Shown here: positions 31,620 through 46,404 of the stretch, in pieces
Layout of the letters: each line of letters begins with the position of its first letter
Position numbering within the stretch: position 1 is the stretch's first letter
Source: the human T2T-CHM13v2.0 reference genome, Homo sapiens
Strand: one strand, 5' to 3'
DNA: 64,000 nucleotides
NCBI RefSeq assembly: GCF_009914755.1
Contig: NC_060942.1
Position numbers and translations under genes: made by a program
Notes under the pieces: generated by a model
The model's input: only the letters and a program-made list of their open reading frames with translations
What the model was told of the DNA's origin: nothing
Database searches by the model: none

Positions 31620-34040
31620 ATTGATTACTATTATATTATAAATTGGTTTTGCAATTCTATTTCATGTTCACTTACATTTGCTCTATTTTGCTTTTGTTTT
31701 CTTCTTCTATCTATTTTCTTTAGATAAATTGAATTTTCTTCTGCTGGTTTAAAAGCTAAACATTTCTTTCTTGTCCTTATGTGTTCAGTCTGTAACCTAA
31801 AACTGTTCATGATTATTTACATGTATTGATTTTTTAAAAAGCCAACAATATATTTATCTTCCCACTAACTAGTAAGTATTTGGACAAGCTCTCTTGTCCT
31901 TTTGATCCCCCTCACTTTTCCACTCTTCTCCCTATCAAGTTACTATTATCTAGAATTTTAGCTGAGGGTTGTAATGGATATTATTTTTCCCCCATTTTCT
32001 GTTTTTTCATCAACTTGCCACCCCGACAGCACCCTGTTGGTACCAGTGACCTGGACTTTTGCTGTTGACTTGGAGAAGGAGCAGCAAGGCTAGTCTCAGG
32101 ACAACTCAGGGAAGGAGTGAAGGTGGAAACCAAACTCTTCCTTCACCTTCCTTCATCTCATTGCTGCCACCAGCCACCTGCCTCTCTCATACATTAGTTC
32201 AACACAACCTTCAGTCACCTCAGGGTGTTCTCGCTTTTAAAAAGTGCATGGAATTTATACTTTCCTCTTGCTTCTGTAACTCCTGTAGGGTTGGCCCTGG
32301 GAAGAAATCTGATAGTCCATATTTCTTTATAGAATAGGGCATGACTCTTTTGGGGGAAAGAAGGCCTGAATAGAGCAGAATCTTCACTGGAACTGTTTTA
32401 TGGCTTTGAGGGTATCAGAGAGAATGCAGTGCAGGATTATTGTTGGAGGGGCCAGTGCAGCCCCACTTAACTAATTTAGGGGAAGGAGAGGACAACAAAG
32501 AGATAGGAATGAAAGGATTTTGACAATTTTTTTTCTGAATATGTGAGTAATTTCCCGGGAACGCCCCTTCAAGAACCTGAGGGAAGTCTGAAGAAGCTGA
32601 AAGGAGATGGGTATGGATGGAGGTTCTCCCTGAAGTTCTACAGCTACCCAGGTGGGGGTTATTAAGCCTGTGAAATTTGAATATTAATGTTATATCTTTA
32701 TGGTATTAGCTAGTATATACTAAGCGTGTTCTAATTGTTCTCTCTATATATATATTTCCTCCTTCCCTTCAACCTCTCATAACTGAATTGAAGGCTCCAA
32801 GAAGTGCAGGATTCTTTACAGTCTTATTGACTGCTACATCCCCAGTGCTGGGCACATAATAATAAATGCTCAAATATTTGTTGAAATTGTATTGAAACCG
32901 AAGATTTTCTTTACTAAATTTATGCTCCTATCAGGCATGTATGGGAATATCTATTTTTCCAAACCTTTACCAAATCATGTTATTATTGCTTTTTGTAAGT
33001 ATTGAAGATTGGATAATTACAAAATGAAATCTCATTTTTATTTTTTATTTGTATTTGTCTGATTCTTTTTGTAATTGAATATTTTTATATGCATTTTTCT
33101 GATGCTTTTCATAATTGATAGTTGTCACAGATTTTGTTGTTTTATTTTAAATGTATTTTAAAATGTATTTTTAATATTATTTTTGATTGGAAAATCACAA
33201 TTATGTATATTTTGGGGGTACAATGTGATGTTTTGATAAATGTATACAGTGTGGCAAGATTAAAACAAGCTAATTAACATCATTTCTACTGTGAATTTCC
33301 TGTTCTTTTGTCTGTTTTCTATTGGAGTGTTCATTGTTTTCATACTGATTTTAAGAGTTCTTTTTATAAGGATAGCATCTATTTGTTATACATTTATATT
33401 GAAAGCATTTTTTGTTGTTTATCATTTGGCATTCAATTTTGTTTTTCAATTGTTAATTTTTTACATCTCAAGTCTATCAAAAAAAGTTATATTTATGTTC
33501 CAAACATTTATTTAAATTATCTTCTAACTCACTTGTCTATTAATTTTTTTTCTTTTTATTTACATTTCACACTAAAATATTTTACGTAAATAGTTAACTG
33601 ATTATCCTGGGACCATTTTCCTTTGGCATCGTTTCCCCACGCTAATTTGAAATTCTCATATTATCATGCTCTAAACACAATGAATTCAAACATTATAACT
33701 TTTAATGAGGAAATTGAAGCACAGGAAGAGTAAGTATCTTGTCCCAAGTGGTGGGGCAAGGCTTAAACTTGGGCAGGCTGACTCAGTAGGCTGCACTCCA
33801 CTGACTGAAGGGTATTAATAGAATAACTCGTTTAGCCTTTGTCATAAGAAATTTCCTGAAACATAATAGATAAGCGAATACAATGACATTACTGTGCATA
33901 CTGCTCTGTTCAACAAGTGGAAGGCCCTGCTTTGCCTGTCTTTGAAGACAGAGGCAATGGCACGCTCCTTTTTTGTGTGCTGCACTTCTTCGGGCCACAG
34001 CAGTTTTATGTCAATTATTTATTTCCCAAATTTCTTATCA

Positions 34041-34432
<392 letters not shown>

Positions 34433-35497
34433 CTACAGACACTGGATCAAACAAAGCAGCTGAGCAAAGGACTTCAAAATTTAGAATGGTTTCAAAGCAA
34501 AAAGTCATGAGTTGGTGGCAGTTAGTGTGGCAAAAGTTGCCATTTGAAATAAAAATGCGGACTCCCACCATGCTGCTCTGAATCTGTCTGAAGGGAGATG
34601 TGATTACAAATGTCTGAAGTGGCTCCAGCAGCCCTGGTCATTCCAAAGTAGGCAAGTTCTCGGGTTAACACAGAGCAGTCTAGGAGTCCTGAGATTTCCA
34701 AAGTTGCTTCTTCCTGAAGATCACAGAGTTTGCAGTGACACACTTTCTTGTAAGAAAGGCCAGGAAACAATACACGGAAGTTACCTCTGAAGATTTGGGG
34801 GACCCTCCCTGACATCCATTTAAAACAGAACCTTGGATATCCCTAAAATAGGTCTAGGCTTCAGCCAGCTCCTGTAATATCTATTAGCATTTGCTTTGCT
34901 TTTACTTATAAAGAGGCAAAGCGTGAGGTTACTGACCCTAGGTGATTTGCGGCCCTTCCCCAAGCTATGGCTTCCATTAGCATTACTGATGCACAAATGT
35001 GGGCCCTGGGAGTCAGAAGGCCAAAGGCAAAATACTCCATCCCATTATCCCATTAGTGCAGGGGCAAGAGTCTGTGCATCAGGAGAGTCCTTCGATCTCT
35101 TGGTCCCAGAGGGAGTGATGTTTGGAAGAGCCACTCTCCACCAGGCAGGCTGTGTCATTAATAAACCTTGATGTCTATGAGACACACAAGACCCAGGATC
35201 AGGAGGCTATCCCAGCATGATGGCCTCAGAGCATGTTCAGCCACACACCCAATTCTCAAGCTTTCCCAGGGTTGCTGGCTTTGCTGCCTGCACAGGGAGC
35301 TCCCTGCCCTGCTACCTCATAAAGAAACTTCTGTGGGAGAGAATTAGTGGGAGTAAACAATCACAGATCTGCAAAAACATGATGAGAACTGCTGGTCTCA
35401 ATTCTGAGGTCCAGAGAGGAAAGTGATCTCTCCAACATTACACAACTTGGTGGCAAGGTCTGAACGTCCCATTCTGCAAGGTGTGCACCCTGGTGTG

Positions 35498-35555
35498 CTG
35501 AGTGACCTGTGCCTGTGGGTTCCACTGAGTGACCTCTCCTTGTGGGTTCCACTGA
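35498..35555. repeat. 27-bp tandem duplication
   Basis: CTGAGTGACCTGTGCCTGTGGGTTCCA / CTGAGTGACCTCTCCTTGTGGGTTCCA. Confidence 0.85.
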
Positions 35556-36317
35556 TTTTGGCTTTAGAACAGTGCTCTGAATGAGGAGTCCTCTACTAGG
35601 GGAGAGCAAAGCAGGCAAGGAATTGCAGTGCTCAGGGCTCGCCACCTGCTGATGTCCTCATGGCCTTGCCTACCTCATCTCTTTCTCCAACACCTCAGTC
35701 ACTTCTGGGCTCTACTTTCCATCCTGTCCATCCACTCTGAGACCTGCCAGGCCATCTGTCCTGACCTCTTCTTCTGGATGTGATGGAACGATATCTGGTA
35801 GAGAAGTTGGAGCAATGGGTGGTGGGCCAGGGAGACACGAAGAGCACTCATCATGAGTCACAGACTCGGCACAACCTCCTTCCTATGTGCAGGGCACCCC
35901 TGCTGCCTCTCACTGAAGCACCTGCACTGTGATCACTTCCAATACCGAGCCATGGTCAAGCCTGTTGAATGGCAGAGTCATCATCTTCTAGACTCAAAGG
36001 AAGATCTTAGTTTAGGCAAGAGAAAACATAAATCCTCAAAAGATAATTAATACGGAACACAAGGCTGACTGTCAGCCACTGAATCCTAAGCAAAGATGAA
36101 ACCTTGTTAAATAAAATGCAGTGTCAAAGAGACTGACCATTCCGATGCAATCATCTGGAATTGAAGTTCCACTGCTTGCCTGGGGTCAGCTGAGTCACAG
36201 AAAAAGCCATTACGTGAGGCAGATTATGATACTTCTCGATCTTCTCCAACCTGAAAGACTCTTCAGACACCTCCAGGAAGGTTCTGAGGCGTGTGGTTCT
36301 CTCAGACCAGTCAGTGA

Positions 36318-36660
<343 letters not shown>

Positions 36661-36724
36661 CCTTCCTGCATACTCTTATTCATGCAATAGACACATAGTT
36701 ATTTTACCTCTAGTCAGGTAAAAA

Positions 36725-36885
36725 TTTATGATGCACCAGAATGATCTGGAGGGCTGTTCAAACACAGGTTGCCAGATCCCAGCCATGCGTTTCTGACTCC
36801 AGAGGTCTGGAGTGGGGCCTGAGAATGTGCATTTCTAACTAGCTCCCACTGCTGGTGCCCACACTGTGAGAAGGAACCGCTGATC
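36725..36885. mobile_element. MER5-like MITE
   Basis: CAGAATGATCTGGAGGGCT...GTCTGGAGTGGGGCCTGAGAATGTGCATTTCTAAC. Confidence 0.7.
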
Positions 36886-36916
36886 CAGGTGCCAAGTCCC
36901 AAAGACTTGAGTGCAT

Positions 36917-37330
36917 GTTATCTTAGTTTGTTTTCTATCAGAAGCTGAAAACTGCAACCAGGATTCCAGGGCAGCAAGTTTATTTGGGAGTTGATCCTAA
37001 GACGCCCTGGTAGGGGACTGGGGATATGAGAAAGTGAAAGAAAGGAAAGAGATAAAGTTTGAGTTCTTGACCACCAGCCACCCTCTGGAGAGTTAGGGGA
37101 AAGAGTAGACCATGCCTCTGTGTTCCTTATAGAGGGCCAGGGGTCACTCCTGTCAACCACTGGTTGAGGGCTGCTCCTGGAGGGCGTGGCCTGCCTTGAG
37201 TCTGTGGCCCAGCCCTCACTCAGGCAGAGCAGGCTCAGGGCAGAGAACACCCCTAGGCCAAGCATGTCCTGTGCCATGCCTACGTGTTCATTAGGAGTGC
37301 CTGGAGTGGGGACCTTGGGCAGGCAGTGAC
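36917..37330. mobile_element. Old ERVL-class LTR (LTR33-like)
   Basis: TCTTAGTTTG..CAGAAGC..GGATT..GCAAGTTTATTTGGGAG.TGATCC motif. Confidence 0.5.
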
Positions 37331-37664
37331 AGGGGCTGCCACGCAGGCCTCCTAGTTCCATTTGGGAAAATTAATGATATGCACAGAAATGTTTTATAAT
37401 TCCAGGCAGAGACTATTAAAATTTCAAAATAAATTGCCATGTTAAAAATTTCCTGTGCAATTTTGGGACGTAGAGTCGGGTTTTGGTTTTTGTCCCCAAG
37501 CACTTTAATTCTCTAGGAAAGAAAACCACCAGACTCTTCTCTGAGGCACTAGCCACCATGGAAACAGAATACCTATTTCCAAAATTAGGACAGAAACTGT
37601 GGAGCCCTCTCCACCCCAGCACCACGCACATCACCACCTCCACAGTCATAACCTCCAAACAAGC

Positions 37665-37812
37665 AGTGCACGTGTGCACACAGGCAGACATGGACACACA
37701 TGCACACACACACACACATATGTATGCACACACAGACATGCACACACATGCACAATGCATGCATGCACACACACACGCGCGCACAATGCATGCATGAATG
37801 CACACATACACA
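37665..37812. repeat. (CA)n/(CATG)n compound simple repeat
   Basis: Direct inspection. Confidence 0.9.
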
Positions 37813-39209
37813 TGGCCATTGAGCTTGTTGAGCTAATTTCTTTTGTCCTTCTCCAGTCCCAGGCTCTGTGGCTACATCTGATTTCTCCAGCCCCTGCCAT
37901 ACCCATCCCCAGGTAACTGGCCTCTGCCCAACCCCACTTGGCTCCTCTTTTCTGTCACTGATGGTGACATGAACTTGGTCTGTGAGATCGGGGTTGGGGG
38001 GTGAAGAGCTCAGATGCCGGTGTTAGACTGAACTCAGTTTTAGTCAGGCCTCCACAGCTCACATCTGTGTGACCTTCAGTCAAGTTGCATGGCCTTTTAA
38101 ACTTCAAATTTCTCATCAGCTAAGGGAACAGGACAATTGTTCCCTCTTCATGAGATTGTTGCAAGGATTAAATGCCTGGGACTTCTTAAGTGTTGACTAA
38201 ATATTAGCCCCTAAAATAATGAGCTCAATTGCATAGAGCTGTTGTAAAGATTAAATAATACAATGCCTATAAAGTGACCAATGCATTTCCCAAGTCACAG
38301 TAGTCACTCAGAAATAGTAGATGTCGTTAATAATCATTACCTTCTGAGAGCAATTGTGAGGGAGGTATTTGTACACAAGTTATGCTAAATTCAATGCAGG
38401 ATGATTTTGATCCTAAAAGATTACCCAGGTCCTCCAAGTCAATACTCATCTCTGCCCTGAGGCCCAGAGCATGTGGGCAGTGTTTGATGGCCCCATTTTT
38501 GGAGGGCAGGGTAACCAGCACCCTCTCCACTACCAGCATTCTGCCTACAGATAGCAATTCCTCATTCATAATAAATATGCTTTTGCTTTAAGAACACACA
38601 TAATAGCATGCCTTACTGACTCAAGTAAACATTTCACTGTCTTTGTAGACCATGAAATTACTCAAATTTTAATCTACTGGTTCTACTAAGATAAAAACTT
38701 CAAATTTAATAGGTTCCACAAAAGTAAGTAATTCATGAGTATGTTTTAAAACTCTCTGAAGCCAGAAGAAAAAGTGAAATGGTGTGTTAGGAAAACCATC
38801 CAAGTCCCAGATGGAGGATTCAGGATGTGAGGACTCCCAGCCATCCCTGGTGGATTGGGTCTGCAATTGGACTGCCTTACAAAGAAAAGTCCCCTCTGGT
38901 GAGTCTCTGGCTACTGCTCCCCTGAGTTATATATGTCAAATTCCCAATGTTCTTAGGCAAAACACCAGCTGGAACAAAATATGCACCTGAAAATATATAT
39001 CCCAGCATCAAGTCAGAAGCTTTGTGTAATCATATTGGAAAATCCTGAAGGAAGTGACACTATTGTATTCCTTGTGTGTCCCATCACAGTGCCTAGCACC
39101 ATGCTGGGACAGGACGGAAACATGATCACAGCTGCTTAATTTCTGGATATATCTGATATCAGAGAGACATGAAATGCTTAACTTCAAATTAAGATTCCAA
39201 AGGGAATCT

Positions 39210-39855
39210 TAAGTCTATCTTTAAGGTGTAATTGACAAGTATGAAGTTCACTTACCAACCGACAGCTTGATGAGTTTGTAGCTATCTGTGCAGCATCACC
39301 CAGATCAATGTTTAGGATATACCCATCACCCCAGAAACTTCTTTCAGTCCCCTTTCCTCTCAATGCCTCCTCTCCATCCTCCCAGAACCACTATTTTGTC
39401 ATGTAGCACCGACAGTCTTGAACGTTGGGGTTATATAGTATGAATGCTTTTGTTTCTGGCACCTGTTGTTTGACATAATATTTTTGAGATTCACTCACAC
39501 TGCTGCAAGTTTCAGACACTGCTTCTTCTTTATACCTGAGTCATATTCCTTTATGTGGATATAGCATAATTTGTCTATCCATTCACCGGTCAATGGACAT
39601 TTGGTCTGGTTTTAATTTTTAGCTGTTATAAATAAAGGCATACATGAATATTCTTGCACATGTCTTTTTTGAGGACATACATACTCATTTCTCTTGGATA
39701 AATGTCTAGGAGTACTATTGCTGGATCAGAGAGTAGGATCATAGTCAACTTTATTAGAAACTGCCAAACAATTTTCCAAAATGTTGATCCCATTTTACAC
39801 CCCACCAACAGTGCATGAGAATTCCAGTTGCTCCACATTCTCTCAAATTCAAGCA
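39210..39855 (-). mobile_element. L1ME/MB 3' fragment
   Basis: CATCACCCCAGAAA, GGACATTTGG, ATTGCTGGATCA, AGAAACTGCCAAAC, CCCACCAACAGTG. Confidence 0.7.
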
Positions 39856-40774
39856 CAGGTTTTTAAAGGTCAACTGATTGTCTGTTTCCTGTGTCTACTC
39901 CCTGTGCCTGCAGCAAATGCTTACCATTTCTCGATGGCCTCCTATATGCCTATTAAGCAAACATTTACTTTAAATGTCACAACCCTGCGAAGCAGGTATT
40001 TTTATTTCCTTTTAACAGACCAAGAAAGTTAAGTAATACTCTCTTCTCACCGTTAATAACCCTCTGCACTAGGATTCAGTGTCTGTGCTCTTAGCTTTGG
40101 GTGATGGCCAAGGAGAGAGGCAGGAAGAGCCTCAGAGAACCTTTCTGTCTTCCACCTAAACTTGCTGTTTGCAGAGCAGGGGCTGAGGCATGAAGACCTG
40201 TGCACTTGTATGAGGATACCAATTTAAAGCCTGTTTATCAAGCAAGGTTTGGTCTCATTTCTCCCTGCAGTCAGATATAAATATAAGTCCTGTAATAAAA
40301 GGGCTTGTCTCAAAGACCTGCAAGAAAAATGTCATCATTTACATTGCTTATTTCTTTTAACGTATGTGAACACAGATTTCAGTTTCTAACATCACACTGA
40401 AATTAGTTTTGCCACGTTGAAGGTAACTTATAAAAACAGTGAGATGACTTTTGGGTAAAAATGCCTTGAAAACTCACATGTTGGTGGTTCTGGAGCAGCA
40501 GTCTGCAAGGTTGTTGAAAAGAATCAGGTGAGGGGTGTGAGCAGGTATCTTGGGAAGGCCACACATCTTCTAAATCGATGGTGCTAATCCAGGTGGGTTA
40601 GTAGAGAACTGCTCCCTAAATTGGAGCCTGCAGCAGGGATGGCCTGAGTAGACACTGTCACAATTCTGAAACAAATAGAAAGAGTGTTTGGTTTTGGTCG
40701 ATACAATACATGATACAATTTATTTTTAAGTCATGGGGGAAGACCTGACTCTTCTTCATCACCTACTAGGCACA

Positions 40775-40980
40775 CTACTGGGCACTTACACATACTCTCT
40801 GATTTAATCTCCACTCTGGCCCCATAAGGGAGGGATTTTTATTTTCTTTTTCAGTTGAGGAAGTCAAAGTTTAGAGAGGTTAACTAATTTTCTCATGGCC
40901 ACACAACCATGGCAGACCTGCAATTTCACTGAGCTGTGTCTAACTCCAAAGCCAAAACCCGGTCTATTATACTACACTAC
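40775..40980. mobile_element. MIR fragment
   Basis: TTGAGGAAGTCAAAGTTTAGAGAGGTTAACTAATTT...GGCCACACA...GTCTAACTCCAAAGCC. Confidence 0.65.
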
Positions 40981-43900
40981 CTCCAAAACAGAAGTTTTTG
41001 TTATATGTTTTGGTAAATTAAGGTTATTGGAGTTAAAAAAAATCATGAGTGTTTAAATAGCCAACGTTCCTCCTACATGTATAATATGAACCAAATTTAT
41101 ATTGAACAAAAATTATACCGAACACTGTCTGGATAACATTCACTATTTGTGTGAGGTCTTCTTGTCTACAGAAGAACATGACTCTATAGACACAAGAGCC
41201 TGGAAAACAATCCTAGTAAATCAGAAAGTAAAGCAAAAGCTGTTCACTAAGGGTCCACATGAAAACCAAGACTTTAATACCTAGGATCCAACTAATCAAG
41301 GTCATCAATTAACCAGACCCCTCTTCATACCATCGATGGCAAATTATAAAAAGGAAATGGAAAGATCTATTCCTAAATCTCAATCCTAGAGTCTATGAGG
41401 GTTTTATTTATACCTAGCCCAGCTTCTACATCTACTAAATCTAAGTGAATGATCTGATAATCGACAGTCAGAAATGATGGCCGTGAATTACTGCTGACCT
41501 TCCAACATCAAAGGAAGATTCCACTGCATTCACTCTTCTGTGCTTATGAAGATAGAATGGAGCAGTACATTTTGAAAATATTTTCAGTCACAAGGATTGA
41601 AGTGGAAAGGATCTGTTACTTAACTCTCAGTTACCTAGAACATGGAATTAATCAAAATACTCCATTGCCCACACATTTCTCTCAATCAAGGCTTTACTGC
41701 ACTCACAGATTTGCTTTTTTTTTTTTTAATTGATGCATCATTCTGATGACATTGACAAATATAGAAGAAAATGCCAAGAGGAGGCTGGTGAACGCAGCGG
41801 ACCTGGGCAAATAACCCAGTAGCTCTGCAGGACAGAGTACAGAAGAGGTGGGGAGGAAGCCAACCACAGCACTAATTAGCCTCCCAGAATATTTACCTGG
41901 CGTTGGCACTAATTTTTTTTTTAGCTGGGGAAATACGCGTCTTTACATTTAATTGTGGTGAGCCATAAAAATGCTTCCCCTTCTCCTGGAGGAGAAGTGG
42001 GCAGGCCTGGTTGACCACTCGCTGGTGGCTCATCCCCTCGGGAGCCCAGAGCCTGATATCTTGTTCCTCTCAGATTGCTTTTGTGGGTTTTGCTGCTGCA
42101 GTTTGTTTCATAACCTAAACTTCTAAATATGCTCACTTCTCATTTGTAACGTAAGGAGGGATTATGGTTCAAATCCTCTTGAGAAAAGGAGGAGAGAAGA
42201 AAATGGGATGTGAGTGATTCTCACCATCAAAATCAGACATGATCACATAAATCCAGGCTTGGGGCAAGTGCTTCGGGTAGAGAGATCCTGACCAGGCAGA
42301 GTGTCCTTGGAATAATTCAAATGTATAGCTTCCCATTGCGGAAGTCACCCAGGGACTTCGGCATCTTGGGAAATTTCATACTGTCTCTCAAGCAGTCACA
42401 CTGAACAATTTAGTAGGGTCCTGAAATGGTAAATTACCAAATCTCTTGTGATAAAGTCATCAAAGCCATAAATATTCCTGAGGGCCTACTACACTCCAGA
42501 CCAGGCACTGCGCTTCAATGACAAGCAGCACAGTCGTTAACCCTGGGCGACCCTTCTACAGTGCAGAGACACCTGCTGGGCTGAGCCTATCAGTCCAGGA
42601 GAGGTGCCTTGCAGAGGCCTCATGCCCAAGACATGACATCAGGCCAGGTCAGCACTGCACTAAGTCAGCTCACAGGCTCCTCATCAGGGCTATCTCCAAG
42701 GAAGTGACAGGCAAAGAATTGGGCAAAATTACTTTACAAGTGTGGATAAAAGCAGGCACTGATTAGCACGGAGGGAACTGGTACTCTTGGCACCACTTTA
42801 TACAGTCATTTTGAAATATGTGGCAATCTGATAGCATTTAGCAGAATTAAGTATGCCCAAACTTATGACCCAATGACTTCACTTGCACCTACATATCCCA
42901 GAGCAATTCTTGCAAAATTTTCTAAGGGGTGCGTGTGTTGGATTTCATTCTGGCATTGTGTAGGAAAGGAGAGAGGATAACAACCTTGTGCCCATCATTA
43001 GGGCCATGGCCAGGTGACAGGTGGCAGATGACCCAGCATGGGATACAATGAAGCCATGAGAAGCAACACACCAAATGTGCCAACAGCCACATGGGGAGAC
43101 CCGTGTGGAGCAAAAACCATAATAAAATGACTTAAGAAGTAGAACAGGAATTACAGTATAATACTGATTATCTAAATTAAAAATGTATACTCATAGAAAT
43201 ATTTTACAGGGCCACATGCATATTTAAGGATAAATATATTTTGGGATCAGGTTGAAGGAGAAAAATCATGAAGAACCTTGCATTGGTCAGTCTTGATAAT
43301 ACCAAGGAGAATTATAATGATCAAGCAGTGAGGTTTATTCAACCTTCTATGCTTAAGCTCCAAAAAGAAGGGTGGCATGTAAAGGTGCAGAAATAAAAGG
43401 ATGTGGCAAAATTTCCAGAATGTTTCTATGAGAAAGTAAACACTTTTGTGGTGCTGTTCTTTCAGGGCAATTGCAGAGACCCTGCCCTTGTCTACAGAGC
43501 ACTGTGGGGATACTCCTTGGATAAAGCAAGGCAGGCCAGATTATGCTGTATTTTAAAAAAAAGAACCAACAACAGTCAAATCTCCGTGGTTTAAAGCAAC
43601 CCATACCATAGGTCAGTCACAGGTCTTTACTTTGCATGAAATACTTCAGGACCTTGGCTCCAGAACAGCCACACGGGATATTATTGGTGTCTGTGGCAGA
43701 AGAAAAGAAACCTCAGGTGAATTACACGCTGGTTCTCCAAGCTTCCACCTGGAAGGGACATCTATGACTCTCACTGACATCCCACTGGGCATCACAAGTC
43801 TCATGATTAAGCCCACTTGGAGGATGCCTGGAAAGATGGCAGCCAGAAATATCTGGTGGAAAGCACAAATGAATATCATACTACCCTTCAAACGAGACTC

Positions 43901-46404
43901 TTCCCAGATTTCTCCCAGTTTTCTTGTTCTAGTGGTGTGACTGTCACCAAGTTACTTAGCCTCTTCGTGCTTCAGTTTTCTTTTCTGTGGAGTGGGAACT
44001 CTATTAGCTACCTCATGAACTTGCTGCAAGGACAGCTGACATAGCATAATGAACATGCCTAGAAATGGGCCTCGCATCCAATGAGCCCTCAGTAAATTGT
44101 GGTTTCCATTTGTCATTATTATTACCATTAGTCTCGCTTCCTCTTATTCCTCCCAAAGATCCATCCTACACACTATCCCTACTTTAATCTTCCCTAGGCA
44201 TGGCTCTGATCACGTTGCTACTGCAGTCAAAAGCATGCATGGGTTCACTGTTACATGCTTTGCCTAGGCTCCTGCCTATGTGTTTCATGTATGTTTTCAT
44301 GTGCCACACTCCATCTGCCAGCTGAACCTTGCTTCCAAGCTCACTCATCCACATCTAAAATGTGGCCAAAATCAGGCCTCAATCTCACTTTCCAACCTCA
44401 GCTGTCAAGCCTTTTTTGTATCCAGACTAAACTGTATGCAAAGCGAACTACCCCAATCCTCATTAGTCCTTGCCTTTTTCTCCTTTCACTAATTCATTCC
44501 ATCAATGAACACTTACTCTACAACAGAGGTTGTTCTAGGTGTTGAAGATAGAGATATGAACAGGCAGACAATGCTCAGTCCTCATGGAGCTGATAAGAAA
44601 TGTGCAATAAAATAGCTAAGATTGTTTTCAGTTAGTGATGTGTGCTATAGAGGACACTTCATAAGGCAAAAGGGCAAGGGTGCCCAGGCAGAGTTTGCTA
44701 GGATGGCCAGGGAAGGCAGAATGATGACCTGAATGAAGAGGAGACAACCATATCAAGACCTGGGAGAAGAGGATTGCAGAAAGACGGTGAAAAATTTCAC
44801 GTCAAAGAACTGAAAGAAAGGCTAGAATAAATTAAGCATAATGGACAAGTAGAAAGGAATAAGAGGAGAAGCAGCAAAGGAGAACGTAGGAGCAGGCCAT
44901 TTAGAAGAATGGTGGACAATTGAAGCCCTTCATGGATCCTATGCTCTGCTGTAGTGCGCAAGCTCATGCCTTCAACATCCACATAACGCAGACCTCATCA
45001 ACCTTCCAGGTCCAATTCGAATACACTGTCGCTATGAGACCTTCCTTGGTCTTTGTTTCTCCTCTCCACCATCTCTTGTTAAAAGCACTATTTTTTTCTA
45101 CTGCTAAACTCACAGGGTAATTTATCTAGCTCAGAAGTTTGCATCCTTTTACCTGGAGAAACACTTCCCCAGTGGCTCATTGATTTCAATTCTGTAAAAC
45201 AATATGTGGGTTATTAAAAGATACCCAAGCATTAGGCATTTCTTTAATAGTAGGCATAAAAGCAGTAATGATATCTAAATACAACTTTTAAGTCATATAG
45301 GAAAAGCTTCAGAGAAACAGACAAAAATATTTCTAGAACAAACCATTCACTGTTTTTGCTACAAAGAGCTGGGAAAATAAAACTGCTTGGTCTGGATAAT
45401 TGTTTTAAAAAATGTTTCAGCCAGACCCCTTGTCATAATCTCCATAACCCTTTATCCTTTTGCGTATTGCTAGAGTAGTAGCTGAGTAATAAAGTTTAGC
45501 TAAGGAAATAACAGCTGTGTGTGTTTTAGTTGTTGTTTCTAATGACTTTCCATTATGGCTGCCTGAGTTAAGGTTCCTCTTCAAAAACACAAAGACAATA
45601 AAATAAAACATAGAGAAACCAGTAAAAGTAAATAATTTTAGGCATTTCTACGCCTGCATATAAAAAATCATATTTTTTATAGCGCTTGTTAGCTTTCAAA
45701 TCTTAATTAAAAGCCGTAGAACACATCAGAATGTGTTGTTCAGTTTTTCTGGTCTCATTGTGCCAGGGGCTTGAGTCGTTTACTCACGCGCAGTTGTTAT
45801 TATTTATTAATATTAATTGAACATCAGCAATGCACTTAGACGCCACTGGGAAACCAGAATTCGCTGTCATCACTCTCTAGTGAAGTCAGACTCTGAATAT
45901 GGCAGGATTCAAACCAAAGGAGGCCGCCTATTTGCAGAAAGCAAGGATGGCATCATGGCAGGGGGTTCAGATGGCACCATGTGCCAGGCTGGCTCTGATA
46001 TTTGTGGGTCTCATGACATCTCCAGATAAGCAATTTGGTTACACTTGGTTTCAGCGGGGAGATGTGAGGGAGTGAGTTGAACAGCAGGGGCAGGGTATGT
46101 GAACAACTGGGACATATTCTCCCACGTCACAGGCTACAGAAGAAATGTTCTCCAACCTTGCTGGGAAATCAGTCTTGAATTTATAGATCTAGTTGTACTG
46201 TATCTTAAGAGTGGATATTCTGGGAATGAATGAGTAAATGAGAGAACGCAAAGGGGAAAGAAGAAAGGAATGAGGGCCAGCCTTTTGGCAGCCCATGGAA
46301 TGAGGGGCTGGGAGCAGAAAGAGGAGCCCACAAAATCAAGCTTATAGGGTTAGAATGGATATTCAATAATAGCAGAATGTCTGGGAGAGGAAGTTTTGCT
46401 TTTT

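Larger units (their letters stand above)
28440..31750 (-). mobile_element. Cluster of degraded L1M (MC/MD/ME-like) fragments hosting MER1A and a short L1PA
   Basis: T-rich antisense L1M motifs (ATGAATAAAGCTGCTATGAACAT, GTGGTATCTCATT, TTTAACCCATTTACATTTATTG). Confidence 0.6.
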
